A DNA stretch of 64,000 nucleotides from Octopus sinensis (taxonomy: Eukaryota). Made by a program: the position numbers and the translations under genes. Of the stretch, positions 1 through 12,694 are shown in pieces (the stretch's first letter is position 1; each line of letters opens with the position of its first letter). The notes beneath the pieces were generated by a model. It did not search any database. It saw nothing but the letters and a program-made list of their open reading frames with translations, and was not told the DNA's origin. The stretch spans positions 33,604,001-33,668,000 of the forward strand of contig NC_042997.1 of the NCBI RefSeq assembly GCF_006345805.1, in the 5' to 3' direction.

Positions 1-140
1 CACAACTTTCTCTCACCTTTCATCTGTTGGCCTGCTTGCTTAGCCAGCGGGGTGGCGTCATTTGAAGGCTAAAACAATGCGAAGCACATTGTGACCAGCG
101 ATGTGTAGCAACATCTGATAGCCTGGTCAGTCACGGTGAT
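1..140 (+). mobile_element. 3' part of a family-D-type SINE with an alternative tail
   Basis: Begins with CACAACTTTCTCTCAC, shared with family D copies at 13116 and 35940, then diverges into a different tail. Confidence 0.55.
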
Positions 141-1174
141 ATATATATATGTATATATCTTAGTGAAATTTGAGATATACCGGTAAATCATTAAAATTAC
201 CTATTCACTGCACTTACCATTCTATCAGAGGTTTTCTTTAGTGGGTAATCAGCAACATTAACCTTTTAATTCTTTTCTTTTTTTATTATTTTTGTTTAAG
301 ATAAAGGGAATTCTTCCTTTTCACAAGCTAACGATGGTGCACTTCAGAGTCATTCATAGAACCATACAACCATGGCAAAGGGACTGTGCCTCTGTAGATT
401 ATACTCAGACACACAATTTGAAATGCTTAATGCAGTAATATTTGAATTATGAAACTGTGTTTGATCCAACATGAATCAGTTTTTTTAATAAACTCTGATT
501 AAAACTGAACAAAATTCAAAGCCATTTAATTAATTTGGTACCTGTGCTATGCTGTCAGGGATCTGGTATATATTTCAAGAGTATAACAATTGTTTTTTTG
601 ACTCTCATAACTGGATGCTTGGGAATGGAAAACATGATTACAAAAATGAGGTGGTATAGATTCTAAATGAATGTGCTTTGCCATCAATCTTGTGATCCCA
701 AAATGGAAAAACAATTGTACGGATAATAAGTTTTACACACACACATTTAACAAGTTTCAATAGTAGAGTATAAATGTATTACAGGAAGAAACGAACCAAT
801 GAAAGTTGTAACCCTTTTCAGTTACATTCCATACAATTAGTACTAGACACTTTATTGCTGATATCAACCTCAAAGTTTTTCTCACATATATACTTTGTTT
901 TCAGGAATAAACTCTTTCAATGTCTATGAGAGAATTTCAAGTACAATGAAAACTAAAAGTACAAGACAAATATATTGTAACTAAACACACATTAAACATC
1001 TATATTTTCCCTAAAATAGCAATACAGCAAAGCAACTCAATGTGAATAAGAACATATGTTAAATACCTCTTCCATCAACCAAATAATTCTCTGTCTTTCT
1101 TACTCCAAACCAGAAAATATATTCTACCTATGACAATCTTCATAAAATTCTTCACACAAATTCCATAAGAAAGG

Positions 1175-1205
<31 letters not shown>

Positions 1206-1295
1206 GAAATCAAGAGGAGTGAGGAGCTCAGAAAATCGTGACCAGCCCAGTTGAAGGTAATGCGAAAAATAATATATATATATATATATATATTA

Positions 1296-1622
1296 TGCCA
1301 GCCTCATCTGGCACCTGTGTCGGTGGCACATAAAAACACCATCCGAGCGTGGCCGTCTGCCAGCCTCGTCTGGCACCTGTGTCGGTGGCACATAAAAACA
1401 CCATCCGAGCGTGGCCGTCTGCCAGCCTCGTCTGGCACCTGTGTCGGTGGCACATAAAATCACCCACTACACTCTCGGAGTGGTTGGCGTTAGGAAGGGC
1501 ATCCAGCTGTAGAAACACTGCCAGATCTGACTGGCCTGGTGCAGCCTTCGGGCTCCCCAGACCCCAGTTGAACCGTCCAACCCATGCTAGCATGGAAAAC
1601 GGACGCTAAATGATGATGATGA

Positions 1623-1626
<4 letters not shown>
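1296..1626 (+). mobile_element. RTE LINE 3' UTR remnant with ~60-bp tandem units and (GAT)n tail
   Basis: Repeated CCATCCGAGCGTGGCCGTCTGCCAGCCTCGTCTGGCACCTGTGTCGGTGGCACATAAAA units, then ...GTCCAACCCATGCTAGCATGGAAAACGGACG and (GAT)n. The same tail is attached to RTE ORF2 sequence at 14238-14850 and 39195-40985. Confidence 0.8.

Positions 1627-1708
<82 letters not shown>
1626..1708. repeat. (TA)n microsatellite
   Basis: Direct observation. Confidence 0.97.
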
Positions 1709-1716
<8 letters not shown>

Positions 1717-1778
1717 GGTCATTACATATTTTCCTTTATTGTAGTAAATTTGACTTACAACTGTTTCCGGTAGTCATT

Positions 1779-2003
1779 GAGCTGGCAGAAACGTTAGCAT
1801 GCCGGGCGAAATGCTTTGCGGCATTTCGTCTGCCGTTATGTTCTGGGTTCAAATTCCGCCGAGGTCAACTTTGCCTTTCATCCTTTCGGGGTCGATTAAA
1901 TAAGTACCAGCTACGTACTGGGGTCGATATAATCGACTTTATCCCTTTGTCTGTCCTTGTTTGTCCCCTCTGTGTTTAGCCCCTTGTGGGTAGTAAAGAA
2001 ATA
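1779..2003 (+). mobile_element. SINE family B (~230 bp)
   Basis: GAGCTGGCAGAAACGTTAGC head, GGTTCAAATTCC box B, central GCCTTTCATCCTTTCGGGGTCGAT..AAGTACCAG domain (resembles Nin/Deu-type SINE cores), AAAGAAATA tail. At least 10 copies in the window. Confidence 0.85.
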
Positions 2004-2149
2004 TTGAAAGGTTTACTCAATGAGCACATTGATCAGTTGAGAAAAATTAAACAACCTAGAAAATTAATGCTACTTTCACCAGCTATTTCTGGTTATAACC
2101 AAGCAAAACGCTGAAGGAATAGTACAAGTATGGGGAGTGAAGTGAAGAG

Positions 2150-2490
2150 AAGTGGCAGCTGTGCAGCAAGAAGCTTGCTTCCCAACAACATGGTTCTGGG
2201 TTCAGTTCCACTGCATAGCACTTGAGCAAGTGCCTTCTACTATAGCCTCAAGCCAACCAAAGCCTTGTGAGTGGATTTGGTAGACAGAAACTGAAAGAAG
2301 CCCATTGTATATGTGTATGTGTGTGTGTGTACCACCACCATCATTTGACAATTGATGCTAGTGTGTTTATGTCCTTGTTACTTAGTGGTTTGGCAAAAAA
2401 GACTGAGAATAAGTACTAGGCTTACAAAGAATAAGTCCCTTTAAGGCAGTGCTCTAGCATGGCCACCATCAAATAACTGAAACAAGTAAG
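2150..2490 (+). mobile_element. SINE family A, diverged copy
   Basis: tRNA-like head, internal microsatellite, tail AAATAACTGAAACAAGTAA. Confidence 0.75.
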
Positions 2491-2491
2491 T

Positions 2492-2793
2492 ATCATCATC
2501 ATCGTTTAACGTCCGTTTTCCATGCTAGCATGGGTTGGACGGTTCAACTGGGGTCTGGGAAGCCAGAAGGCTGTGCCAGGCCCAGTCTGATCTGGCAATG
2601 TTTCTACAGCTGGATGCCCTTCCTAACGCCAACCACTGTGAGAGTGTAGTGGGTGCTTTTTATGTGCCACCTGCACAGATGCCAGACAAGGCTGACAAAC
2701 GGCCGCGATCAGATGGTGCTTTTTACGTGCCACCGGCACCTCGTCCCAGGTTTTCCTGGGTCTACCTCTTCCACAGGTTCCCTCAACCGCTTG
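2492..2793 (-). mobile_element. RTE LINE 3' UTR joined to an ORF2 fragment (AVEGTCGRGRPRKTWDE)
   Basis: (CAT)n plus reverse-oriented tail; 2740-2793 translates to the RTE ORF2 C-terminal motif also seen at 9720-9770. Confidence 0.8.
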
Positions 2794-4080
2794 GGTGAAT
2801 GAAGGATATTTTGACTGAGCAGCCTGGTTTAAATGTGGCTCAGGGTTAGTTCTCAACTCTTTCCAGAGTATTGAAGTAGATAGATAACTTACTGCCTCTG
2901 AATAGGATCTGTTAATGGTAGTTTTACACATGAGTGGGTGGCTTAACTTGGTACTTCAAGCCAACAAAATACTTATTGCGCACTAATCAAGATGTCATCT
3001 TAGAATGGCTTTGGTTTTATGAGAGATCAGTGTCCCAGACATGAAAAAAATAACATGTACAGCCCAACTATTGACCTCTACAGATTGTATGGTTCTCTAT
3101 AAATTCAGAGGGTAGCTATTTTCACTTGACCACTGAAAATTAAATGAAAGAAAAAACCAAACAAAAAACTAGCATGCTCACAGATAGACATCTATATATA
3201 TGCAATCAGAGAGATATATAAGAATGTAAATCTTTCTATACCGGTCAGAGCAGAGGCACCAGCTGGAAATACTGAGAAAGCAAGCAGTAGGGATTTTCAG
3301 AAATGACATAGGTGAAAAGTTTAGGCTTATCTTTAAAAGCCAGAGTTGATATTCAAACTGACACAAACAATCAGATCAAAAAAGCAACTGGCATCTTAAA
3401 TAAATATCAGGGGAATAAATACATTGTAAAACAAAGAAAACAGGGACTAAATGAATAGGTGGGGGGCATGTAATTGGATTTATAACATTTTTGCTAAACA
3501 CACACACACACACACACACACACACGGTTACAAGTAACAATAGAGATTATAGCTAAATACCTGTTTTAGTTATATGCTCTTTTGTTTAAAATTATTTTAG
3601 GACCAGACAGACTGGATTTGAGAAAGATTTGGTTGATTTTTCTAACACATAGAGATTCTCTCATTGGTGTAAGCTTTCTTGTCATAATGTGTCATCAGAA
3701 AGTGCTCACAGAAGAGAAAAACTGAGAAAGACATGGAAAAAAAAGAAGAAAAACTCAGGTTCTCAGTCCTCGAGACAGTTGGACTTCAGAGAATTAGAAG
3801 ATAACAAGATTATGAAATAATAGCAAAATGCCAAACTGCAAATTCCCTCATCCAACCATGTCAAAATGGAATAAAAGAGTGCTACAATAATGGTGATGAT
3901 AATAAGGATGAATTAGATGTCTCAGAAAATATTGGGCTTCATTTAATTGACTATATTTCACACAGCAAAAATTAGTTGTCTATCTTGTCAGCGGATATGT
4001 TTTCAAGACAGTGGGAATATATGACAGCTACTGTGTACTATTTTTGATGTTTTACACTAACAATTCTGCATTTCAAGTAA

Positions 4081-4473
4081 TCTTTATATATAAAAGAGAG
4101 GTTGTGTGCTGTCTGTCTCCTACGATTTAGATTCCTAACTACTCCCACATTTTGCGGTGCAGTTTAACCAAAACCGGGTATCTTATAGTCGTGATTCATA
4201 TCGAGCCCTTCTGGGTATTAGCGCGCATCTACGATGAGTCTACGATTTAAAAAAAATTTACCATCAGTTTTTCCCATTTTTAATGCATTTTTGGCATATA
4301 TAAGGGAAGTAACTCTCTAAAAATTTATTAAATCTCAGAACGTAAAAAGCTACAGTAACACCCCCCCCTTTGTGGTTAGCCATATTGAGATGGCTATTAT
4401 ACTTAACATCTCTAAAAATGCTTATATAGTTATTTCCCTTACAAACCCGAGCAACACTGGGCGATACTGCTAG
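4081..4473 (+). mobile_element. Non-autonomous Helitron, full length
   Basis: A|TC 5' end (TCTTTATATATAAAAG), subterminal hairpin-like CCCGAGCAACACTGGG, CTAG|T 3' end, inserted between A and T with no TSD. A second copy lies at 62256. Confidence 0.8.
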
Positions 4474-5295
4474 TACTAAATAATTGTAAATTACAAGAGT
4501 TGGGAGAAGGGTGTTGTTTTTAATAGCTTAATCACAGGAGACAGTAAACTGATAAGGTCATTAGAGCAAAATTCCTTGCAGTATTTGTTTCAGTGTTTAT
4601 GCTCCAAGTTCAAATCCTACCATGGTCAACTTTGCTTTTCATCTTTCAGGGGTCAATAAATAAAATACTGTTTAATACTGGAATCTATTCCACCCACTTT
4701 CCTTCCCTTTCTTTTTTCTTCCTTCTCTCTCTCTCAAAACCAACTACAATGCACTGTCAAAAAGGGTTGCGGCAGACCCTTCACAGTATTCCTTTCTCCA
4801 GAAATGGGGAAGGGTTAGGCAAGGGACCAAGAACAATTTCTCATAGAAAAACTGATATGCTACAAGGACCATCCAAGAACAAGCCAATGTGCAGTAACGC
4901 ATGGAACAGAAATAAAGGGAAATACAAAGAAGTTACGCAAGCCCCATCACAAGGGTGAAGATGAAGGGAGATTGAGGTACTGGTATTAAAAACAAGGTAA
5001 CATATTAACTCTCTCAAAAGTGAAGGTGATACTCTATCCTCTATTTCTTTCAGTTAGGCATTTATTTATTTCTATATAATTCTTGATTATTCATTTGTCA
5101 TATTTAGTTTAAATAAAATATTTATATTTGCGGTTATGTAATCACTTTTACTTGTTTCAGTCATTTGACTGCGGCCATGCTGGAGCACCGCCTTTAGTCG
5201 AGCAAATCGACCCCGGGACTTATTCTTTGTAAGCCCAGTACTTATTCTATCATGTTTGTTTAATAAGTTTTGTGTTTTAATTATATATATATATA

Positions 5296-5337
<42 letters not shown>

Positions 5338-5338
<1 letters not shown>

Positions 5339-5669
5339 GGCGCAGGAGTGGCTGTGTGGTAAGTAGCTTGCTAACCAACCACATGGTTCCGGGTTCAGTC
5401 CCACTGCGTGGCATCTTGGGCAAGTGTCTTCTGCTATAGCCCCGGGCCGACCAATGCCTTGTGAGTGGATTTGGTAGACGGAAACTGAAAGAAGCCTGTC
5501 GTATATATGTATGTATGTATATATATATGTGCTGGTGTGTTTACGTCCCCGTCACTTAGCGGTTCGGCAAAAGAGACCGATAGAATAAGTACTGGCTTCC
5601 CAGACCCCGACCGAACCGTCCAACCTGCGCTAGCGCGGAAAACGGACGTTAAACGATGATGATGATGAT
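5338..5669 (+). mobile_element. SINE A 5' portion fused to an RTE 3' tail
   Basis: AGGCGCAGGAGTGGCTGTGTGG box A and GGTTCAGTCCC box B; follows family A to ...ATAAGTACTGG, then switches to CTTCCCAGACCCC...AAACGATGATGATG. Confidence 0.8.
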
Positions 5670-6048
5670 ATATGCACACACAAACTCATTACACTATTTT
5701 AAAACTATTATTATAATAGTTACTAAAGCAAAACAAAACACATGAAAAAATTGCAACATTAGCAGAATACATGAAACAGTTATTAAAAATCAGGAAATGA
5801 ATAATTTTTACTGAATTTGATCTGCAAAGATGATTTATGCTAAATTTGTTTGTCATTACGGGTTAGAATGTAATATGATATGAACAGATACTAAAGCTAC
5901 CTAACATCTTTTGACACAGATAGCCAACAGATATTTGAGCAATTTGTGACTACCCCAAATACTTATTAGTATTACGAGAGCCTACTTTTGTTCCCTGAAC
6001 TATAAAGGATCTAACATATCTAAATTTCACACAATGTACTCTTGGCAT

Positions 6049-6465
6049 ACTCTTTTACGCTTTTACTGGTTTCGGTCATTTGACTGTGGCCAAGCTGGAG
6101 CATCACCTTTAGTTGAGCAAATCGACCCCAGGACTTATTTCTTGTAAGCCTAGTACTTATTCTTTCAGTCACTTTTGCCAAACCACTAAGTTACAGGGAC
6201 GTAAACACACCAGCATCGGTTGTCAAGCGATGTTGGGAGGACAGACACACACATATACATATATACACACACACACACATATATATATATATACATATAT
6301 ATGACGAGCTTCTTTCAGTTGCTGTCTACCAAACCCACTCACAAGGCTTTGATCAGCCTGAGGCTATAGTAGGAGACACTTGCCCAAGGTGCCACGCAGT
6401 GGGACTGAACCTGGAATCAAGTGGTTCGTAAGCAAGCTACTTACCACACAGCCACTCCTACGCCT
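6049..6465 (-). mobile_element. SINE family A, full length
   Basis: Complete head-microsatellite-tail structure in reverse orientation. Confidence 0.88.
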
Positions 6466-7045
6466 ATTGACATTTTACATGTTGACGACAACTACCTTAT
6501 CATGAACTAATATGAAATGCAAACAATAATGTCCCTGCCATCCAAGGTTATTAACTCTTGTAAATTGATCATTCAATCACTGACTGCATAGTGTGGAGTT
6601 TAAAATAATGCCAGAGCCGACGTGTTGTTAAGCAAGGCACATAGCTGCTTAAGCATGCCAGTTAGATTACACCTATTTCATGGTTAAGTGGTAAGCAATA
6701 AGGAAGGCATCCAACTGTAAAAACAAGTGCTTTAACAAAAAACTCATCCTACCGATACTACACCTATACTTCTGCTACCTTCTTGACAGCAAAATGAATT
6801 AAATTCCATAAATATGACAAGATCCAGTTGAACACAACTTTTTGATAGTCTGAGACACACAAGCATGGAAGAGTGAACATTAAAACTATGATCAAGAATG
6901 AGATACAGAGGACAGTGAGAGAAACAAGCACTGAAACACCACATAATCCATCTCAAACTTTACTATAGATATATTGTGTTGTAATCAAAGAACATAATTC
7001 TGCTTGCCTAACGAGTAGGTTTCACTTCAGCTGCACATTTAGTGT

Positions 7046-7270
7046 TTAACCCTTTCGTTACTAACCCGGCTGAAACCGGCTCTGGCTCTGAGTACAAATG
7101 TCTTGTTTTCATAAGATTTGAATTAAAATCTTTCACCAAACCTTAGTCATAATTTATATTCCTAACACTAGCTTAATGATAACCAAGTTTTACTAAATTC
7201 TTTGTTATATTAAAAATAATTGAGAGAAAAACAGAGAATCTCAAAATAAATACAGTAATGAAAGGGTTAA
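7046..7270 (+). mobile_element. piggyBac-like MITE
   Basis: TTAA|CCCTTTC...GAAAGGG|TTAA termini: TTAA target duplication and CCC ends. Confidence 0.8.
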
Positions 7271-7559
7271 CAATAAAAAGGAGTGTCCAGTTACAAAATA
7301 AACAACCTAACAATATACAAATATTCAAATTGTTCAACCGACTATTTTACTAATAACCTTCCCATTTTGCTTTACTCATCAACTGTATCAAAATGCATTA
7401 CTCAGTGACTTTCCTTTTTTTTTTTTAACATTTCTACTCCACTCACCCACATACCTGTTATCATGTATTTTCTACCCAAAAAGGTGGTAAAAGGTGATAC
7501 GAAGGAAATGTGGTAAAGTGAACCAGTCAAATAAACATGTAGGGACTTCTTTGGTTTAT

Positions 7560-7788
7560 TTAACCCTTTCATTACTGTATTTATTTTGAGATGTTCTGTG
7601 CTTCTTTCAATTACTTTAAATATAACAAAAAATTCAGCAAAATAACTTAGTTGTCATTAAGCTAGTGTTAAGAACATAAATTGTGACTAAGGTTTGGTGG
7701 AAGACTTTAATTCAAAACTTATGAAAACAAGACACTTGTAGTACAGAGTCAGAGGCAGTTTCAGCCAGGTTGGTAACATAAAGGTTAA
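7560..7788 (-). mobile_element. piggyBac-like MITE, inverted relative to 7046-7270
   Basis: TTAA termini; internal sequence is a diverged reverse complement of the 7046 copy. Confidence 0.8.
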
Positions 7789-7997
7789 TCAGAGCTGATC
7801 TGGGACTAGATAACTGACTTTCACATATAAACTGGTGAAAAATATATACTCATGTGATGTATATTATAATATTCTATTAGAAAAACAAAAGTATATTTGA
7901 AATGAGGATCTATCGATCCCACTGAATCATAGCAAATATACAGATCTTTCGTGATCAAAGTATTCTTTTGATGTTTCCCCAGAATAAAGTGTTGTCT

Positions 7998-8486
7998 ATG
8001 TGCCACATAAAAAGCAACATGCTACATAAAAACCAAGGTGCCACATAAAAAGCTTTGGTGTAGGTGCTGGTGCCACATAAAAATCACCCAGTACACACTG
8101 TAAAGTGTTGGTAATAGGAAGGGCGGCGAGCTGGCAGAAACGTTAGCATGCCGGGCGAAATGCGTAGCCGTATTTTGTCTGTCGTTACGTTGTGAGTTCA
8201 AATTCCGCCGAGGTCGACTTTGCCTTTCATCCTTTCGGGTCGATAAATTAAGTACCAGTTGCACACTGGGGTCGATGTAATCGACTTAATACCTATGTCT
8301 GTCCTTGTTTGTCTCCTCTGTGTTTAGCCCCTTGTGGGTAATAAAGAAATAGGTATTAGGAAGGGCATGCAAGTGTAGAAACCAAGCCAAACAGACTGGT
8401 GTGGCCCCCGAGCTTACCAGTTTCTATCAAGCCGCTCAGTCTATGCCAACATGGAAAATGGATGTTAAATGTTGACGATGATGATG
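7998..8486 (+). mobile_element. RTE 3' tail interrupted by SINE B (8122-8357)
   Basis: SINE B is flanked by a 10-bp duplication TAGGAAGGGC (8115-8124 and 8357-8366) inside the RTE tail. Confidence 0.8.
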
Positions 8487-9498
8487 TTTCCGATAACTAA
8501 GCATATGGAACTATGCAAAAGGCACCGTCAGAGGATTAGAACTCGAAATCTATAACAAAAATTGCACAACCTAACTTAACCACTCAGCCTTTTTTACTTC
8601 CAGCTACAAAATCCACTCCACTGCTTCGCTGATTTATTTCCTTCCTTTCCTATCTATTTCCTATCGAAACACGCTGTACAGCAACATTAAATTCAGAGAG
8701 TGTAGGAAGCATTGATTCTCAGCCTAATATCAATAAGGTAGTAGAATTAGAGAGAAATTAATAAAATGCATCTTTAAAACCATGTCTGCTATTCATTGTT
8801 GAATTAATAGCTATGAAAACAGCTTTAAGGAAATGCCATTTCCCATAACACCAGACACAAATTGGTCTCTACCAACACTACAGAAATTTTGATTTTTGAA
8901 TGTTTTGAATTTCCTAGGTACCAGAATAGCTACTGACTAATGAAGTTCTCATAAGAAAATGAATTGTTATAGCTAAATGGACAGTTTGTTTTACAACAAC
9001 ATATTTCCATAGAAGTAATTTACAGCCATTCTGTATCAAGGATAGAAATAGACCATAGTGCTTTTCCTGATACGCCCAGCTCTAACCAGTTTATACAGGT
9101 TTGCTCAGCCAACAATGTATATACTTAAGGTTTCTTCCTAGTTAGCCCCAACAATGATCAAGACTACTAAAAAATAAAAGTTCATCGCCTAATTCACACA
9201 CACACACACTATTGCATATTCAACACCTGGCAAGTCTTCATAAACAACACGGTTTTTTTCTCCTTTTTTTTTTGTCCTTTTGGTGACTCTTCTTCAGTTC
9301 AGCCTTTGAGCTATTAGTACAATTTTTCTTTAAGAGGGTGAAAAATTTTGAGTTAAGATTCACAAGCATTTCTCGATGTTTGAGCTAAAAATTAATTCTA
9401 CATTCCTCAATTCACATAGCCATATGGAATAGATACCAAGCCTTTTCAAGATAAAAATTACCTATACTATACTAGATCAGCTTCATATATATATATAT

Positions 9499-9820
9499 AT
9501 GCTACATGGCAGTGAAACATGGGCTGCAGGGAATGAAGCCAGTATGCTCTGATGGATGTGTAATGTCAATGTGCATACTCGACAGAGTGTAAGTACCTAG
9601 ACAGAAAAGTTGAACCTAAGAAGCATCAGAGGTGGTGTGCAAGAGAGACGAATGCACTGGTATAGTCATGTGGCAAGAATGGATGAGGATAGCTGTGTGA
9701 AAAAGTGCCACACCCTAGCGGTTGAGGAAACCTGTGGAAGAGGTAGACCCAGGAAGACCTGGGATGAGGTGGTGAAGCATGACCTTCGAACATTAGGCCT
9801 CACCGAGGCAATGACTAGTG
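9499..9820 (+). mobile_element. RTE LINE ORF2 C-terminal fragment
   Basis: Translates to ...LHGSETW...ERRMHWYSHVARMDEDSCVKKCHTLAVEETCGRGRPRKTWDEVVKHDLRTLGLTEAMTS, typical of an RTE-clade ORF2 end. Confidence 0.85.
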
Positions 9821-10118
9821 TTTAATTAATGTTTAAGTTTTAAATATTTAATGTTTAATTCATTTGACTACTTTATGTCAGAGGTTTGCTCAAGTAGACA
9901 AATAGAACTAACCTGCACTTCTCCAAGAAGTACAGGAAATTTACTCACTGACCTCTCATGTTTATAAATTCAAATCTTAATACATTGTTTCCTCCCTATT
10001 CTACTGTTTAATATTTATTTTACAGCCAGATGACCTTCTTATTAGTAAACACTACCTGTTTTTTTTAATCAAGGGAAATTTTATTCCACTGGCTGCTGAG
10101 AGTGCAGAGCAGTTCATT

Positions 10119-10526
10119 TACTCTTTTACTCTTTTACTTGTTTCAGTCATTTGACTGCGGCCATGCTGGAGCACCGCCTTTAGTCGAGCAAATCGACCCC
10201 AGGACTTATTCTTTGTAAGCCCAGTACTTATTCTATCGGTCTCTTTTGCCAAATCGCTAAGTGACGGGGACGTAAACACACCAGCATCAGTTGTCAAGCA
10301 ATGCTAGGGGGACAAACACAGACACACAAACACACACATACATATATATATACACATATATACGACAGGCTTCTTTCAGTTTCCGTCTACCAAATCTACT
10401 CACAAGGCATTGGTCGGCCCGGGGCTATAGCAGAAGACACTTGCCCAAGATGCCACGCAGTGGGACTGAACCCGGAACCATGTGGTTGGTTAGCAAGCTA
10501 CTTACCACACAGCCACTACTGCGCCT
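10119..10526 (-). mobile_element. SINE family A, full length, low divergence
   Basis: Near-identical to copies at 10906, 57019 and 59608. Confidence 0.9.
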
Positions 10527-10529
10527 TTG

Positions 10530-12694
10530 TAAATGTAAATATAATAATAATATATTTACATCTGCAGGTCCCTCCAATTAGATTACTCGGTACTTCTTTA
10601 TCTGACAGTCATCTTCCATTTACATCACATGCCTGTAGCAACTCATGCTTCTGGAACATTCTTCTAATTAGGCCACCTATCAGAAGATTAACTACTTCCA
10701 AGAAACCCTCAAAGCATTTGGTAATTTATTTCATAGGCATTCTTGCTGCTAACTACTTCTGTACAAACATTGACAGTCTTTGTTCTCTGCTTCTGATCTG
10801 ATCCTACTGTATCTTTGACTTGGGTAAAGCCATTTTATGTATATTGAACTGACTAAGTGACCTATGCATGTCCTACAGAGCAGGATATTTTCAGAATCTC
10901 AACAAAAAAGGCGCAGGAGTGGCTGTGTGGTAAGTAGCTTGCTAACCAACCACATGGTTCTGGGTTCAACCCCACTGCGTGGCATCTTGGGCGAGTGTCT
11001 TCTGCTATAGCCCCGGGCCGACCAATGCCTTGTGAGTGGATTTGGTAGACGGAAACTGAAAGAAGCCTGTCGTATATATGTATGTATATATATATATATA
11101 TATATGTATGTTTGTATGTGTTTGTGTGTCTGTGTTTGTCCCCCTAGCATTGCTTGACAACCGATGCTGGTGTGTGTTTACGTCCCCGTCACTTAGCAGT
11201 TCGGCAAAAGAGACCGATAGAATAAGTACTGGGCTTACAAAGAATAAGTCCCGGGATCGATTTGCTCGACTAAAGGTGGTGCTCCAGCATGGCCGCAGTC
11301 AAATGACTGAAACAAGTAAAAGAGTAAAAGAATTATCCATGAGAGCCCAGCTGCCTCTTCGACCTTCACATTCTTAATAAACAACTCAACTTGGGCCTCT
11401 TTCGATTAGTCCCACCCTCTCCCAAATATCTTCTCTCCTCACTCAGCAACTTCTCATAATAGCATTTCCATGCCACTCTCTTTCCAGCTTAAGGGAGGGC
11501 ATATCTGCTGCTATCATTACACTTCTCTTCAACAAAATTCTGATTCATACTCATACACTGCTTTGCAATCCAGAACTCATGCCTCTCATCTTCATGTCAT
11601 ACAACATTAGCCAATCTCTTACTTTCTTCTTCTCTCCTTACTAAATATATCTGACATCTAGCTACCTGATAAGTGAAGTCCTGCTTTTTATTCGTGCTAA
11701 AAGAATATTTCTGTCATTGTTAGGTTTACTTTAAGACCTCTTAATTCTAGACTTTGCTTCCATACAATTTCTGCACTAATTCTTTGACAGCTTCAGCTAT
11801 GAGAACTAGGTCATTGGAATATAAAACTGCCATGAGCAGCCAGTCTTAAACTTCTCTCCTATATCCTGTAGAACCAATATCTGATGGATGCTAACCAACA
11901 TACAAAATTATTCACTGAACTCATCTGTACATAGCTCACACAGCATTCACTAGTCATTCACCAACACTTAGTTTTGTTAATGACCACTAGACTACAGAGA
12001 GTGATGTCCTGTCAAAGATCTTTTCCAAGTCAATGAATTCTAGATAGAATGGTTTACTCTTTAAGAAATTTTCCTGTAGTTGTCTCATTGGGAAGAAGAG
12101 GGTTATCTGAACACAGATCCAATCTGCATCTCATTCAACCTTGTGTTTTGCCTATTTTCTGTTGCTTTTGCAATTTGGTCCATCAGTTTGAGGCATCTGT
12201 TGTTGCCACTCTCAAATGATTCTCCTTTGCTCTTGTAGCAGTTGGTGAATATACTGCTATGGCAGTGGCTTGGAATGAGCTGTCCCTGCACTAGCTGACT
12301 GACTAAGTGACCTGTGCATGTCCTACATAGCAGGATATTTTCAGAATCTCAACAATTATCCATGATAGCCCAGCTGCCTCTTCGACCTTCGCATTCTAAA
12401 TAAACAACTCAACCTGGGCCTCTTTGGATTAGTCCCACCCTCTCCCAAATATTTTCTCTCCTCACTCAGCAACTTCTCGTAATAGCATTTCCATGCCACT
12501 CTCTTTCCAGCTTAAGGGAGGGCATATCTGCTGCTATCATTACACTTCTCTTCAACAAAACTGTGATTCATACTCATACACTGCTTTGCAATCCAGAACT
12601 CATGCCTCTCATCTTCATGTCATACAACATTAGCCAATCTCTTACTTTCTTCTTCTCTCCTTACTAAATATATCTGACATCTAGCTACCTGATA
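10530..12694 (-). mobile_element. Old degraded RTE LINE (RT region to 3' end) with an internal duplication and a SINE A insertion
   Basis: Minus-strand remnants such as SSIFTNCYKSKGE..RCLKLMDQI..LNEMQ and DLVLIAE..GLKVNL. Segment 12298-12694 is repeated at 10848-11671. Confidence 0.7.
10906..11330 (+). mobile_element. SINE family A, full length
   Basis: Complete element; the uninterrupted empty site is visible in the duplicate at 12351-12360. Confidence 0.9.

Noticed and set aside
3178-3366. 62-aa ORF and slightly GC-richer island
   Set aside because: No recognisable protein similarity in any frame and no convincing splice-site pair.
9060-9170. Candidate ARL5 exon 2 (contains CCAACAATGAT, like the reverse of I-I-V-G)
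   Set aside because: Flanking sequence does not translate to HKV..GLDNAGKTT; chance match.
10301-10801. 166-aa plus-strand ORF
   Set aside because: It runs through the antisense of SINE A and the antisense of a dead RTE LINE.
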